Shown here piece after piece: positions 52,209 to 64,000 of a stretch of 64,000 nucleotides of DNA. A program made the translations under genes and the position numbers. This DNA comes from Lingula anatina (taxonomy: Eukaryota > Animalia > Brachiopoda), in NCBI GenBank assembly GCA_051362555.1, contig CM120646.1:13826001-13890000 (forward strand), given 5' to 3'. The notes beneath the pieces are model-generated. The model saw only the letters and a list, made by a program, of their open reading frames with translations. It had not been told where the DNA came from and did no database searches. Numbering within the stretch: the first letter of the stretch is position 1; each line of letters begins with the position of its first letter.

Positions 52209-55195
52209 TTATCTTACAAGCCATGCTGTATCTATTATCTATGCCCTGTGGTTCGGAATGTGACTGTGTGTCACCTGGCATGCACCTGTCCTTGGAGAGT
52301 TACCGTTGGCGATGTGACCGCCAGGGTAATAATTGCCCACTTCAATCAAGACTTAAATGATGAAAAATGATGAACTTGTATTTCATTTTGATGGTGTTTA
52401 TTGTACCAAAATGGAACAGATTGCGTGAAGTTTTATTGCCGAGCTGATATTTGGTATTGTTTTACTTTAATAAATTTAATGATGAGCAGTGAAGTGACTG
52501 GTTACAAGTGTCGTTACAAATACCGCAATCCCACCGCGCTGCTAAATGACAGGTGAGACCTTATCATTATCGTGGTTAGCCATATTAAGTGTATTCTCAT
52601 TCATAAATTCTTCTACCTGATGAGTAAATAAGTTGGCGTCGCGTTTAATAAATCTCTCTTTAAAAAAACGCCAGAAGACAATTTACCTGTCGAGTCGCTA
52701 AAATATTGTCAAATAATACCGATAAACTTCAAAAATTACAGATTAAACCAGTGATATTACGACTTCTGTGTGTATCCTGGGCCTCTTGAATGAATTAACA
52801 GGGCTTATAGCGCCCGAGGCGAAATGTCGTTAATAGATACACAAGATAGGACTATTATTCATATGGAAGATTTGGCCCAGTTTGGCGCACGCTTTTGGGC
52901 TACCATCTGTGAGGGGTTCATATCAACACTGATATTTACAAAGCCGGCTGAGTATCACTACAGGCGCAAGAGAGTGCCTTCAATTATTTCAGAAAAAAAT
53001 GATATCCACATAGTTGCATCCTATCTTCTCGTTTTAGTGCATCGTGGCTGTTAGTTACGTATATCAAATAGAGTACCGAAGACACTCCTACTGAGGCAAG
53101 ATTTTACGTCATGTGATACGTCGGGGGCGTCCTCTTGCTGGGAAACAACCCCAACGGCTGTATATTTCGACGGAAAATACGTCTACATACAGACGAGGTG
53201 AGGGGCTCGTGTGACCTATTGCTGCAGACTCAAAGGAGACAGGTATGTCGTTATGCTTCATGGTCATTAAGTGATCTCTTTGACAGAATGCTAAGGTAAC
53301 TAAGGGACGCCTTGGATAGCTTACGCTTTTTAGTAATGAATCTTGCCGGTAACTTTTCTTCAAAAAATAACACAATGTCTCGTTCGCATGTTTTCAACTC
53401 TCAAACTGTGCGTGCGTGTAAAGAAATCTCTCAATCTCTGTTTTAACATTCTTGGATAATCAGTAAGCCCAAGACGCAAGTAAACAAGTAATATCACCTA
53501 AAGGGACAAATGCACTCACCATCTTTTTTATCGGCCCATCTCACACATCCAACTTTAGGTTTCATCGCCGAGAACAAGACCGGTGTTATAGTGTTCCTAT
53601 TGTTTGTTAAAATCCTTTTGTGGTGGCTAATACAGAGGTATGTATATACGAAAGTAAGTTAATGCAAATTGGTCCCAAGGACCTACAAGCCAAAGGAGTG
53701 CATGCACTGTCCCTCTGGAATGACAATGAGGCAATATATTGCGTGTACCCTATGGCGAGTGTTAATAATTAGCTCGATGGTAATCAAGTTGTTTGATGAA
53801 CCGCGGGATGTGCACTGAGGGGAGTGATGGATGCACATCACACGCGCGCGCGCGCACGCACACACACGCACGTACAGATACTTAATTATGCACTCGGGCT
53901 GCTCAGAGTCCTTAACGCAGAGAGGGCAGATTGGGGTAGTAAAAAAGATATCTGAAAACAGACCAAGTTTGAGTCTTATTTAACAATTTATCGTTACCTC
54001 GGCCCTGCAACAGAGCTATCTAAAAAGTGCAAGAATGTCAGTAAAAAAATATTTTATTTATTTATTTTGTATTTTATTTTCATCGCAATTTTCAAATGAT
54101 GTTCCCCGGTCAGCAGCTTTCATGACGGTATATAAAAATTGGACCTTTTTAAGCGTTGCCATACGGGTAAATCGTGGGTGTGTACCTTTTCCTTGACGTC
54201 GTGTCACCAAGTGGAAAGATCAATTCTCAGAAACAGCAAGGAGGACAATTTCCACTCGTGACTCACCTGGATGTGGCGTCATTTCGCTATGACGATGTCC
54301 AACGATAACAGCTAACGAATTTTCTGTACTTCATTGCACGGTGTCCTTCAGAAGGGGGTGCACTGCATTTGGAAATTGACGCTCTATCTACTGCGCATCA
54401 TCTACCGTCCCCAGACGTTTTATCGTACGTGAAGCCTTTTATCAGAAAATGTAGCTGTTAGATACGTATTGTTTTGCAAGGATAATCTATTCTTATTTCT
54501 ATTTAACTAAGAAGTAAGTAACCAGGGAGGGGGGTTCGGGGGGGGTGGGGTGGAAAGATCCGCCCTTTTGGCAGAGAAAAGATCCTCTCTTCGTTTAATT
54601 AAATCTAGGCACAGGCAGGTTTCATGGTAAAAGGTCCCCTTTTTTACTCCTTTGAAATTGCTGCCTACGGACCTGGTATGCAGCCCCCCCTCCCCCCTCA
54701 CAATACTCACGCGCGCGAATGATAGGAGCTTTTATAGACCTTCCAGGAACGACTCTCATTATAAAATTTGATCTTCCAAGAAAAACACATACGATTATCG
54801 GTCACATTGATCATGACTTTCTATCGAAGTATCTATCCAGGACGATAGATATGAGACATCCATGTATCACGTAGGCCTAAAGTAAACGTGATTGCATGCG
54901 AAACATCTATGAACCGATAATTGTATCTCAACCTGAGTAAACAGTCTGAATTTTCAACTGAGGCCAATACCTAACCTTGATTTGAGTTCAGTTCGTTGGC
55001 TTTTGTCTACTTTTGATTTAATGACGCCAAATGAAGGACAAGTCGTAATGTTTCAATACGTGCACTTGTTTGTCGACTAGGTTGTAACTTTGGGTGAAAC
55101 GCAATTAATTGGATTGAGGGACGCGTGTTGCCAGTAAAATCTGTTTAAAACGATGTCGCGCCGCACTCATTCTCCTTATGATGGACAACTGCATA

Positions 55196-55420
55196 GGGAG
55201 CGTTCCCATAAACCCATCGTACTAGCTGCATCGATCTAACTCTGCAGGGATTCTCGCTAATTTGCATTCAGTTTAAGCGGCTTACATGTCCGGCACGCCT
55301 ACTCAAGCTGCTAGGGGGCGTGCCAGACAATTAGGCCGATTACACTGAATGCACATAAGCAAGAAACCCCGCACAGTTAGATCGATCTAGCTAGAACGAT
55401 AGGTTTATGGGAACGCAGTC
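55196..55420. mobile_element. MITE family A copy
   Basis: GGGAGCGTTCCCATAAACCCATCGT...ACGATAGGTTTATGGGAACGC. Shares ATTCTCGCTAA, TTAAGCGGCT and TGTCCGGCACGCCTACT with copy 1. Confidence 0.8.
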
Positions 55421-58400
55421 ATAGATGCGTACTTTTCGCTGGACGGGCAGACGGACAGACGGGTGGGTGGACACCTGACCACCAAGATGGTCAACGCGAC
55501 GTGGTTTTAACCTGGCACTTAATGTACTGATTTACCTGAGTTTTTTCTTTCTACAGATTGTATAAAGACAGAGCTCCAACAAGATTTCACACTGTTGCCG
55601 CAGTTGATTTATTAACCTAATAACCTCAAAAGACACAAGAACCAGCTGAAAACTATTTTGGCAAACAAACGCAGTTGTACGTTTAACCGACTACGGATAT
55701 TTCTTCGGGGTTCATTTAAAAAGTTCATTCATAAACTCAACACGTCATTTCCGAAATTGTTGCATCTTTAAGGCAAATCATTTAGTCAACAACAATTTCA
55801 TTCACAAATTCAGTGTTTCATGCCACCATTGACCTGTGGCGGACGCGTGCGCCTAAGGCGACAAACATCACTTGGCGCGTAGTGATACGAAAGGCGACGC
55901 GAATGGAACGCCGAGACAAATATTCACCACACATGCCGTGGGCAAATAAATGTTGATTCTAATGAAAATAATGTAATGATTCTCAGACACGAAGACAGGC
56001 GCTAAACAACAGCAAGGGCGACAACGAGATCCCAATTAATTCCACAAGAAGTCCGCGGCAGAATTTTGCCCACAATACATATAAACATAGTTGACATCGA
56101 AAAAATAGGCACACTTGTATACGTCACCCAATAGCGGTAACAGAAGTGGATCACAATGTTTGCAATTAATTATATTAAATAAACGTTTTAAACAAATACC
56201 GTTTTGCAACTGTCAAACAAAAAATCCGACGAATTTTTTTCCAATTCATATTAGAGGTTGCCAGGTCACGATAAAACTGCGGATATGAGTGTACTCCTAC
56301 AAATCTACTTTACGCAAAATGGAGGCCGTCCGAAAGGGACGTTACCTATTTATACATGTACATTGTTTAAAGATTGTAAAGCCATGTTAGACTGCCCTGA
56401 CTGAATGCGACACTGTTTTGATTCAATTCGGAGCTATTGAGTTCGATACATGCATGAAAATTGCATTTGATTGCAAACATGCCGAAAGACACACTTCTCA
56501 GTTTTTCGACTTACGTAACGTGCAAGAACAAGTGCGACAAACACCTACCTTAATTCGGTATGAACTAATAAAATTTCGGGAAAATCTGTTTTTACCGTGG
56601 TGACTGATGACGGTCGCCAGTTGAATTAGATGAATAAGCGATCAGCCTGCTTTTTTATTAACCAATGTATCGATAGAGACGAGGGCGTACATTCAGCACA
56701 AAAACCAGATAAGAATGTTTTTGACTATCAATTGGCCGATAAGGTGCTAAACGTCTGTTGGACGCCTTCCAAAATCAAGATCAAATAGAAAAACATGATA
56801 AGCTTGATACGTTGACGAAACTTTGCGTCACATGACGCAAAAGTAGATTCCAAGCATTCTGGAGGAGGCCGCGCTGTGAAATCGCCGATCAAAGGTTCAG
56901 CGCGAGCTCGTCCGAAAACTGAGCGAGTGGGAACCGTTACTCTTTTGTGCGTGCTGCAGTCAAATATAATCATTTAAGGTAATACCTTTTTTTGTCTAAA
57001 ATATATCGATCAGCCTGTACTGATCAAAGTCCACTCTAATTTACATACAATTTGCATAAAATGTACATAAGAAGTGATTTAAATTGATGGCTCTATTGAT
57101 CAGTGCTGATGCATTTTTTTAAGACGTGCCAAGTCATTCACATGTACTTTGCCAACTTAGATATGTCGAGTCTCAACGAACACATCGTTAACAAATTATG
57201 TTTGTCTTTTTTAAAAAACGAAATCTTTTCGTGAGAGACTTTCCGTTTTATCATGAACTCAAAGTTGAGAGCATTTTGATGAGTACATACTACAGAATTA
57301 GAAAGATTTTTTATCAGGACGATATTATGTAAATAGATGGCGTAGGGTATCATGAGATGGCCTGGTATTAGTTCATTTATCACAAAAACAACTTTATCGA
57401 CTAGCCTATCATCGCAGTTATTTGAGGAGAAGTTGTTATAAACAAGTCTACATTAAATCAATCTAAGTATTGATCCGCACTTAAATTTCTGTTTAAGTTA
57501 TCGCACTTGTCTATTTACAATGTGTTTTTATCTTTTCTTTCTGCTACAAATACCTTGTCAGTGATTTAAAAGAATGAAGGTGGCGTTTCATCATTACTCG
57601 AATGCCGGGGTCTCAATCTTTTATCTTAGGAAATTGATAATGCACTAAACCCCGATATATTTGAGTGTACTTGTGCAATATTTTAATACGATGGTTTTAT
57701 ATTCACTGATTCAATAGCTTTTTTATGTTTATTCTTCGTTTTAGGGATCTGACTGAATACAGGTGAGAAAATAAGTCTACCGAAAACAGCTTGATTTAGA
57801 TCTGCCGACGTTGTGCAAAGACAAAGGTAAGTGGTAAACCTGAAACTTCAAACTGCTTCATGAATTTATCGCGCCTACTTGCATTGTTGAAATCTCAAAC
57901 AGCTACTTTTTAGAAATGTTTAATAACCATTCTTAATAATTGTCGTTTTGAAATGATGATTGTTACATCTGAACAATAATCATTTTTCAAAATGGAATCT
58001 TCAGTCCTAAGTTTGCCAACTACAAATATAAAAAGTAATACATAAAAAAAAGTACTCAGATAATTATATCAGTTGAGTTGAAATATTTTTAAAAGTGCAT
58101 AAACTGTTAGTCATTCTGATTAGTCCGAAGTTTTAAAAATCAGTTTATCCAATAATTTATCTGTCAATTTATCTTATTATTTAGCTAGGTATCTATCTTA
58201 CTTTACTTACTGATTGGAGTATTTATCTTGCAGGTGAAATCGCAGTTTGGTGCCTCAATTCGTCTTCCAAAGCTTGTCTGGGAATAACCCCAGGTAGGGG
58301 TCGCTTTATTTGCAAACTAAAATGAACTAAGGGCAATAATTCTGATGGCAAAATGCTGAATCGCCAACCTTACATTTACCTGCATAGATACTGCTTTACT

Positions 58401-61140
58401 ATAGTTTGTTCTATACCTTTTCCACTGCTATCAACGGATACTCAGTATATACTATATCTCCGTATTTGGTTACTATATACATCATTGACAACCATGGGAA
58501 AAAGAAACGTACCCATTTTGCTAAAATGCACCGTCACTCTGCCTTGTGTGTTGTAATAGTTACATGCAATTCCAGCCGTCTCGGCATTTTAATCACTTGA
58601 CTTGTATTGATGAAGAATGTATTTTTCACAACTTCTTTATTCTCACAGACACACTGAATGTGACCACAGCTAAATGTTTTCAGCAATACTTGAATCATTT
58701 TTTAACGTACTGACAAAGCACCAATTCAATCAATCTCCGTGCAGATATACATCAATAACCGTTATCACTTTCAGCCATCTTGGTTCTTTTGACTTACGGT
58801 TCAAGAGTGCTTCGAGTTTTGGGCAAGACCCTCTGAGCGGTTAAATATCGCATCAGACGTGGTTGATTAAAACGGATCTTCTTCTTCTCTCTCTCTCCCC
58901 TTCACTCTCCACCCCTGTCAAATGTAAAGGTACTCCTAAAACGGTTTTTCTTTTTTAGTACCACATCATAATTCTCCTTCCACCGCCTCCCGGTCGCTTA
59001 TTTCGAGTTATTTTTATTCATCATTTATATCCTGTATACCGCATTCATGCAATCTGACGGGCATTTGCGCAGAAATCACCCCACGATTATCCAATAATCT
59101 GTAGGCAATTTATTGGTTGGCGCTTACAAAAAAAAAGTAAGGTACGTTTGTGCAAAGGTCTGAACAAAGTATATTAATCTTTGTCGGTTTACTTATTATG
59201 TTTTTATGGAAAAAAATGGAAAGCTAAAGAATTGTTCTAAAAATGATGGCAATTTATCACCTGTTGTATGACTGGTTTTTATTTTCGTCAGGATGCCCTC
59301 ATTAGGTATAAGTATTCTTTTTGTCAGGGGACTAATGGTAGTTTCATGAAGACACCAAAAGAAGCTTTCTTTTAATCATGGCGATTTGTAGGACTTTTAT
59401 TCTAAAATAAAACAGTGCCACGTCTAGGCAAAAGTACTTCAAGGCACCGTCGACACAATGATTGTCCATTTATAAAAACACCGAAAGAAGTACCCTATGA
59501 TTAATGCTTATATTTTCCTGTTGGCTGAATTTGTCTCGTTTTAATAGAGCAGGGCTTGTAAGAGGACTAATACAAAGTGTATTCAGTCTTTGTGGCGGTC
59601 CACCGACGGCGCCTTAAAGCTAGACTCAGCAATCTGTCTCTGTGGCTTATAGTGCGATTTTATTATTTCTAATAAACTTAATATGACTGAGGAAGTTACT
59701 CCCAATAGAATAAAAACAGATGAACCGATTGGATTCTTTGATTGCAATCAGTCACGAAAAATCTGTGAGAACAAGCCAGTTTTTAAAATGACAATGCGTC
59801 CTTCGAATCTCGACCAATTCAATGCACACGTTTTGCCACAATGTGTCCCAAACAGTCAGCTTTTGTTCTAAGACTTCCTATGTGTTTTGTCACGACAAGC
59901 ACTGTCCTTGTTCAGATGTTCTCGTCATTAATACTGTAGAAAAACACGGAGAAAAGCACGTTTTTGTTTGGGTTCAATTTGGTAAAGGAACTGAGGCTGA
60001 AATTTCGTCTTAGTTTTAGACTATCATTTGGGTCTATTTTAGTCTGGGATAAATCTGTAGAATTCCACTGAAACGACTAGTATGAAACGACTGCAACTAT
60101 TAGTCCAAAACATTTGTCATTTCTTGCTATTTCTAAAACAGGCTTAATATTTTGTTTCAGTCGCACCAGTTTGTACTTTCAGCACTTTTTTGTAGAACAG
60201 ACCTATTAGGCCTCATTCCCACTGTAGCTATCGGTCCACGTGGAGCGATCCAGCTCCGTGGAGACTCTCGCTGAAGGCAATCCATTTAACAGATTAACAC
60301 GCCTTTCGTTTCCAGCGTACTCGAATAATCAGCAGCTTTTCTGTATTCAACTCAAGGCCACCAGAAGGGCTTTCACAGCCAATTGTTACAGTTCCCATGC
60401 AGAGAACAGAAGCGTCTGTCAAGACAATGAAAATCACAAAGAAACCTATTGTACTTTTATGCAACATCATGTCGTTTTTGTTTTACGAGTGGGAAAATTA
60501 CAGCTTTTCCTTTTCCGACAGCATAATGAGAGACACAGGCTTGTAAAATATAATTATTTTATCTGTTTCGTTTATTTTCATGTCTTGCTTGCATGTGGCA
60601 AATGATGATAAATGCTATAGCAGTTTCTAAATTAGACTGAATAAATGCAATAGGGAGTCACCAGTTGGTTAACTTAGCTAGCTAATCAGTTGTCTAGATA
60701 ATGTAACTAGCCAGTCTTCCGTTCAAACGTCCACTTTTCTATCTTTAAAGTAAAAAAACAGCAATTTATAGCGTTTGAAATTGTATTAGGATCGCCTAAT
60801 GGGTTTAAACGTGTCGAGCCGCATTGTTAACGAGGTAAGATCGTGCATCTTTCAGTCTCGACGGCTGGGGGGTTTATCAGATCAGATTTCTCACCTTGTC
60901 CTTAAAAAATTGAATCTTTTTGTAAAAAAACTCGTTATTTCATAGCGTTTTATACATCATTTAGACTAGCCACATGGTTTGCACAGGCTTATCAGCGAGG
61001 CCTTAGGGGTGTGGCACTTGAATATAAAGAAAGGGGGGTTATAAAGTTTAGATAAGGTCAGGTTCGGGCGATCACAGATACGAAAAAACGGTCTACTTTG
61101 TAAAGTTTATTGGTTGTGAGGTGAAAGCAATTAAGATTTA

Positions 61141-61427
61141 CACCGCATTCAGATTCAAACATCGTACCAGTTAGATCGATCCAACTCTGTGGGGAATTCT
61201 CGCTAAATTGCGTTCAGTGTAATCAGTATGAAATTGTCTGATGAGCCTCTATGAGTAGCTAGGGGGTAATTAACTTCCGTGCGCGCTCGGCTTAATTACT
61301 CCCTAGCAGCGCTACATGTAGGAGGCGTGTCAGACATTTAAGCCGATTACAGTGGTTGGACCTAGGAAGAATCTCCAGCAGAGTTGGGTCGATCCAGCTA
61401 GTACAATGTGTTTATCTGAACGCTCCC
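61141..61427. mobile_element. MITE family A copy, diverged (a further fragment lies at about 60211-60277)
   Basis: Contains GATCGATCCAACTCTG..ATTCTCGCTAAATTGC on the left and CAGACATTTAAGCCG..GAGTTGGGTCGATC..GAACGCTCCC on the right. Confidence 0.75.
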
Positions 61428-64000
61428 TAAGAGTTAGACATAATCGGTGTGTTATTTGTATTGCGTGTTAACTTATTTTAAGAAAAGGAACTTTATGTTT
61501 TAACAAAAACTATCTCGTTACTGCGTAACTGGACATGCCGGCATTAGTCTTTAATATTTTTAGACACATTACGATATGCATGCACAAACCTATTGCATAC
61601 AACAAACATCTTGCTGGTGTTCGTAAGCATTAACAATTGTCATCTCTTTTCGTTGTCATTATCGTTAAAGAAAGTTCAGGCTCCCCTAAGGCGAGTTGGT
61701 AAGCTTCGTTCCTGGTACAGGGGGGTACTTAAGAATTTGCGGCTCAAAAAAGGTTATTTTTCATCAGTAACCCTGGGACATACATGTAATGTCTGTAATG
61801 TCAGAACTGTGGTTTTGAGACAATTTTACAATTTGATGTTTCAATCTGGAAACGTTAAGTCCCTACAAGGGGTAAGATGTTGATAATCACGGAAGGCCCC
61901 TATGACACCAAGGGAGAGAGAGAGAGAGGGGGGAGAGTGACGAAAGAAAATGCACATGATTAGACCGTTTTATCCAACATGAGGAGCAACAAGTAAATAG
62001 AGTAAATGGAGAAAGGAAAACTAGACAAAGAAATAGCATCCCAAAGTTCAAATCGTTCCATCCGTCATGCTGAATTTGTAACGCTATTTGATAAAGTGCT
62101 GGGGTACGAATAGGGCCTAGATCTAGTTATTTCACATATCTCCATATCTTAGCAGTAAAAGCAGCCAAGGAATAGGTAATTATTTTATTAATATACACAT
62201 ACACCAAGTGTGATAACAACACAGCTCAATTATTGGTAATGAACGAGAAATCAAGCCGTTTTAAATGCCAATTATTTGACAACAATCTACTGCAGCACGT
62301 ACGCAGCTTCCAAGATCTTTTCCGGTGAGATATAAAACACGAAAGGCAATAATATGGCACCGAAAGCGACCATGGAAATTTTAACCTTGGTCAACAATTA
62401 CTGCGCCACGCGCTACGAAAATTGCACACGCGACATATTACTGTCACCAAAATTAGTAAGCATCATAATTACACATTCCACTAAGTACTGCCAGATAGGA
62501 AAAGTATGCGCCCGTTCCATGCCACGCCCTCTTTCACTAGCTTCAAGCGCCATTAACAAATCTGGCTAACTCTCACGCAATGTGAGAAATTAAAGTAAAT
62601 GAAACAATCACCCTAATAAATTGAACGTCTTACAATTTGAGTCCTATCATAATTATTCGGAATGGCATACTCACAGATTAAGACGCCCTGAACTGTTCCA
62701 AAAATGAAAAAAAAAGCTGATGGTTTCAGTCAATGGCATCTACAAGGACGGACAGACGGTCGAACGGACGAATGATGAATGACCTGACAGCTCGCCTGTC
62801 ATGCAAGTCTGAAGTCAGCTTCTTGCAGTTGGTCGGTCTATAAATGTCTTTTGGCGCAGGCTCCTTTAGCTGTTAGCCACGTAGCTGATGATCATTCTAC
62901 TCAGAGGGTAAATTTCCTCGTTGTCCCAGACTTCCTCGGATGTCACAGTTCGGCAGTTTGGCAAACTTGTTAACTATCCAGACACGTCTAAGTCGGCTGC
63001 GAAACGCCCAGACTTTTTAACGCTAGGAAGCTCTTGGTTGAGTTTCGGTGAGGCGTGGCGCAATGGTTTGCAGGCAGCTGAAAATAAGTCATAATGATAT
63101 ATTCGCCATCTCTGAATCGAACAAAATAGAAAATTGAATCTGAATTTGGTACTGAAACTGCTGTTTGTTGCACAACAAAAAGGAATTGTCCACTTGCATG
63201 GGTTCTTTCATATGTAAACTGAATTTTTGTCATATAATCTGACGTCATTTTTGTATGTGACGTTAAATCTTGACTTGCAGCCCCAGTTCTTTTTCGTGTT
63301 CGTGTGGCCAAAGAATACCTAATTGTAACGTGATTTTCTTTCTTTTGGATAATTTCACTGGTGTGTCCAAGAGGGGGAAATGAAAGGGCATGGGTATAAT
63401 TCCCATTGGACCTTGCCATTTAGATTGGAATAAGTGCTTCAAAATTTAGCAAATGAGGTCAAAGATTCAGGGAAATAATAGAGATGCGAATAGTCTCTTG
63501 GTTCGGGTTTGTTTTCCACATCACTATGTGTAAATATTTTAACTGCGAAAGGACACACATGCATGTATATATCTTGAAGGGCCCAGGCACTGTGCATCGG
63601 TATATAAGTTTTAGCAAAGTCATTTAATTATATATAAAAACTTTTCAACAAAAGCTTTATCAGAAGGAAAATAGCTTCTTAAAGAGAAAAATGGGTAAAT
63701 AGTGGAAAAACGTATCAATCATCAGTGGAATGAGATATCGTGCACCCTTTGCTACTGTTGACAAAGTATTATTATATGTTGGAAGAGGGATACTTATGAA
63801 GATTGATTAGACCAGTACGATAACGAAAAAATGGCAATAAAGTCCATCGTTCACACACACCCCTGGTTAGTCAAGAAGATCAAAGAAGCAATGATTGACC
63901 CGGCATTCCAGTCGTACTTGAGTGTCCGGTCACAGAACTGTAAGATCACGGACGCAAGGCCATTTACCCGCATACCATCAAAAATAATGGTGTAACGACG

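Noticed and set aside
51824-52370. Poly-Gly and poly-Pro ORFs
   Set aside because: They are translations of the poly-C/(CA)n simple repeat.
62988-63419. 143-aa ORF, and other 60-130 aa ORFs between 39000 and 64000
   Set aside because: No recognisable motifs or consistent exon structure; compatible with chance ORFs.
1-64000. Frequent TACATGTA and TAGGCCTA palindromic octamers
   Set aside because: They are scattered without spacing or positional pattern and look like a genome-wide compositional feature rather than a local system.

Overview
AT-rich, intron-containing animal DNA, most likely from a marine invertebrate (probably a lophotrochozoan; this is an inference). Splicing the exons by hand gives five minus-strand protein-coding genes. 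(1) An AA15-type lytic polysaccharide monooxygenase (LPMO) at 531-2485, probably continuing past the left edge. (2-4) A tandem cluster of three intact 7-exon paralogous type-I membrane receptors, here R1, R2 and R3 (5384-26603). Their architecture is signal peptide, 4-Cys module, PAN/Apple, EGF, five Sushi/CCP domains, TM and a Tyr-motif tail. (5) An 8-exon dual oxidase maturation factor (DUOXA) at 30698-38519. The window also holds a 5'-truncated L2-type LINE, a decayed Tc1 (DD34E) element, a foldback element with a nested MITE, a palindromic MITE family and microsatellites. About 25 kb at the right end is non-coding. The strongest candidate for an undescribed system is the receptor cluster. 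The membrane-distal PAN/EGF domains are strongly diversified and the paralogs are mosaic. R3 has remodelled its tail into an ITAM-like YxxL-x10-YxxL motif, while R1 and R2 carry YAVP and NxxY tails. This resembles a paired, diversified immune or allorecognition receptor family. All gene models come from manual reading of the sequence; no database searches were run.
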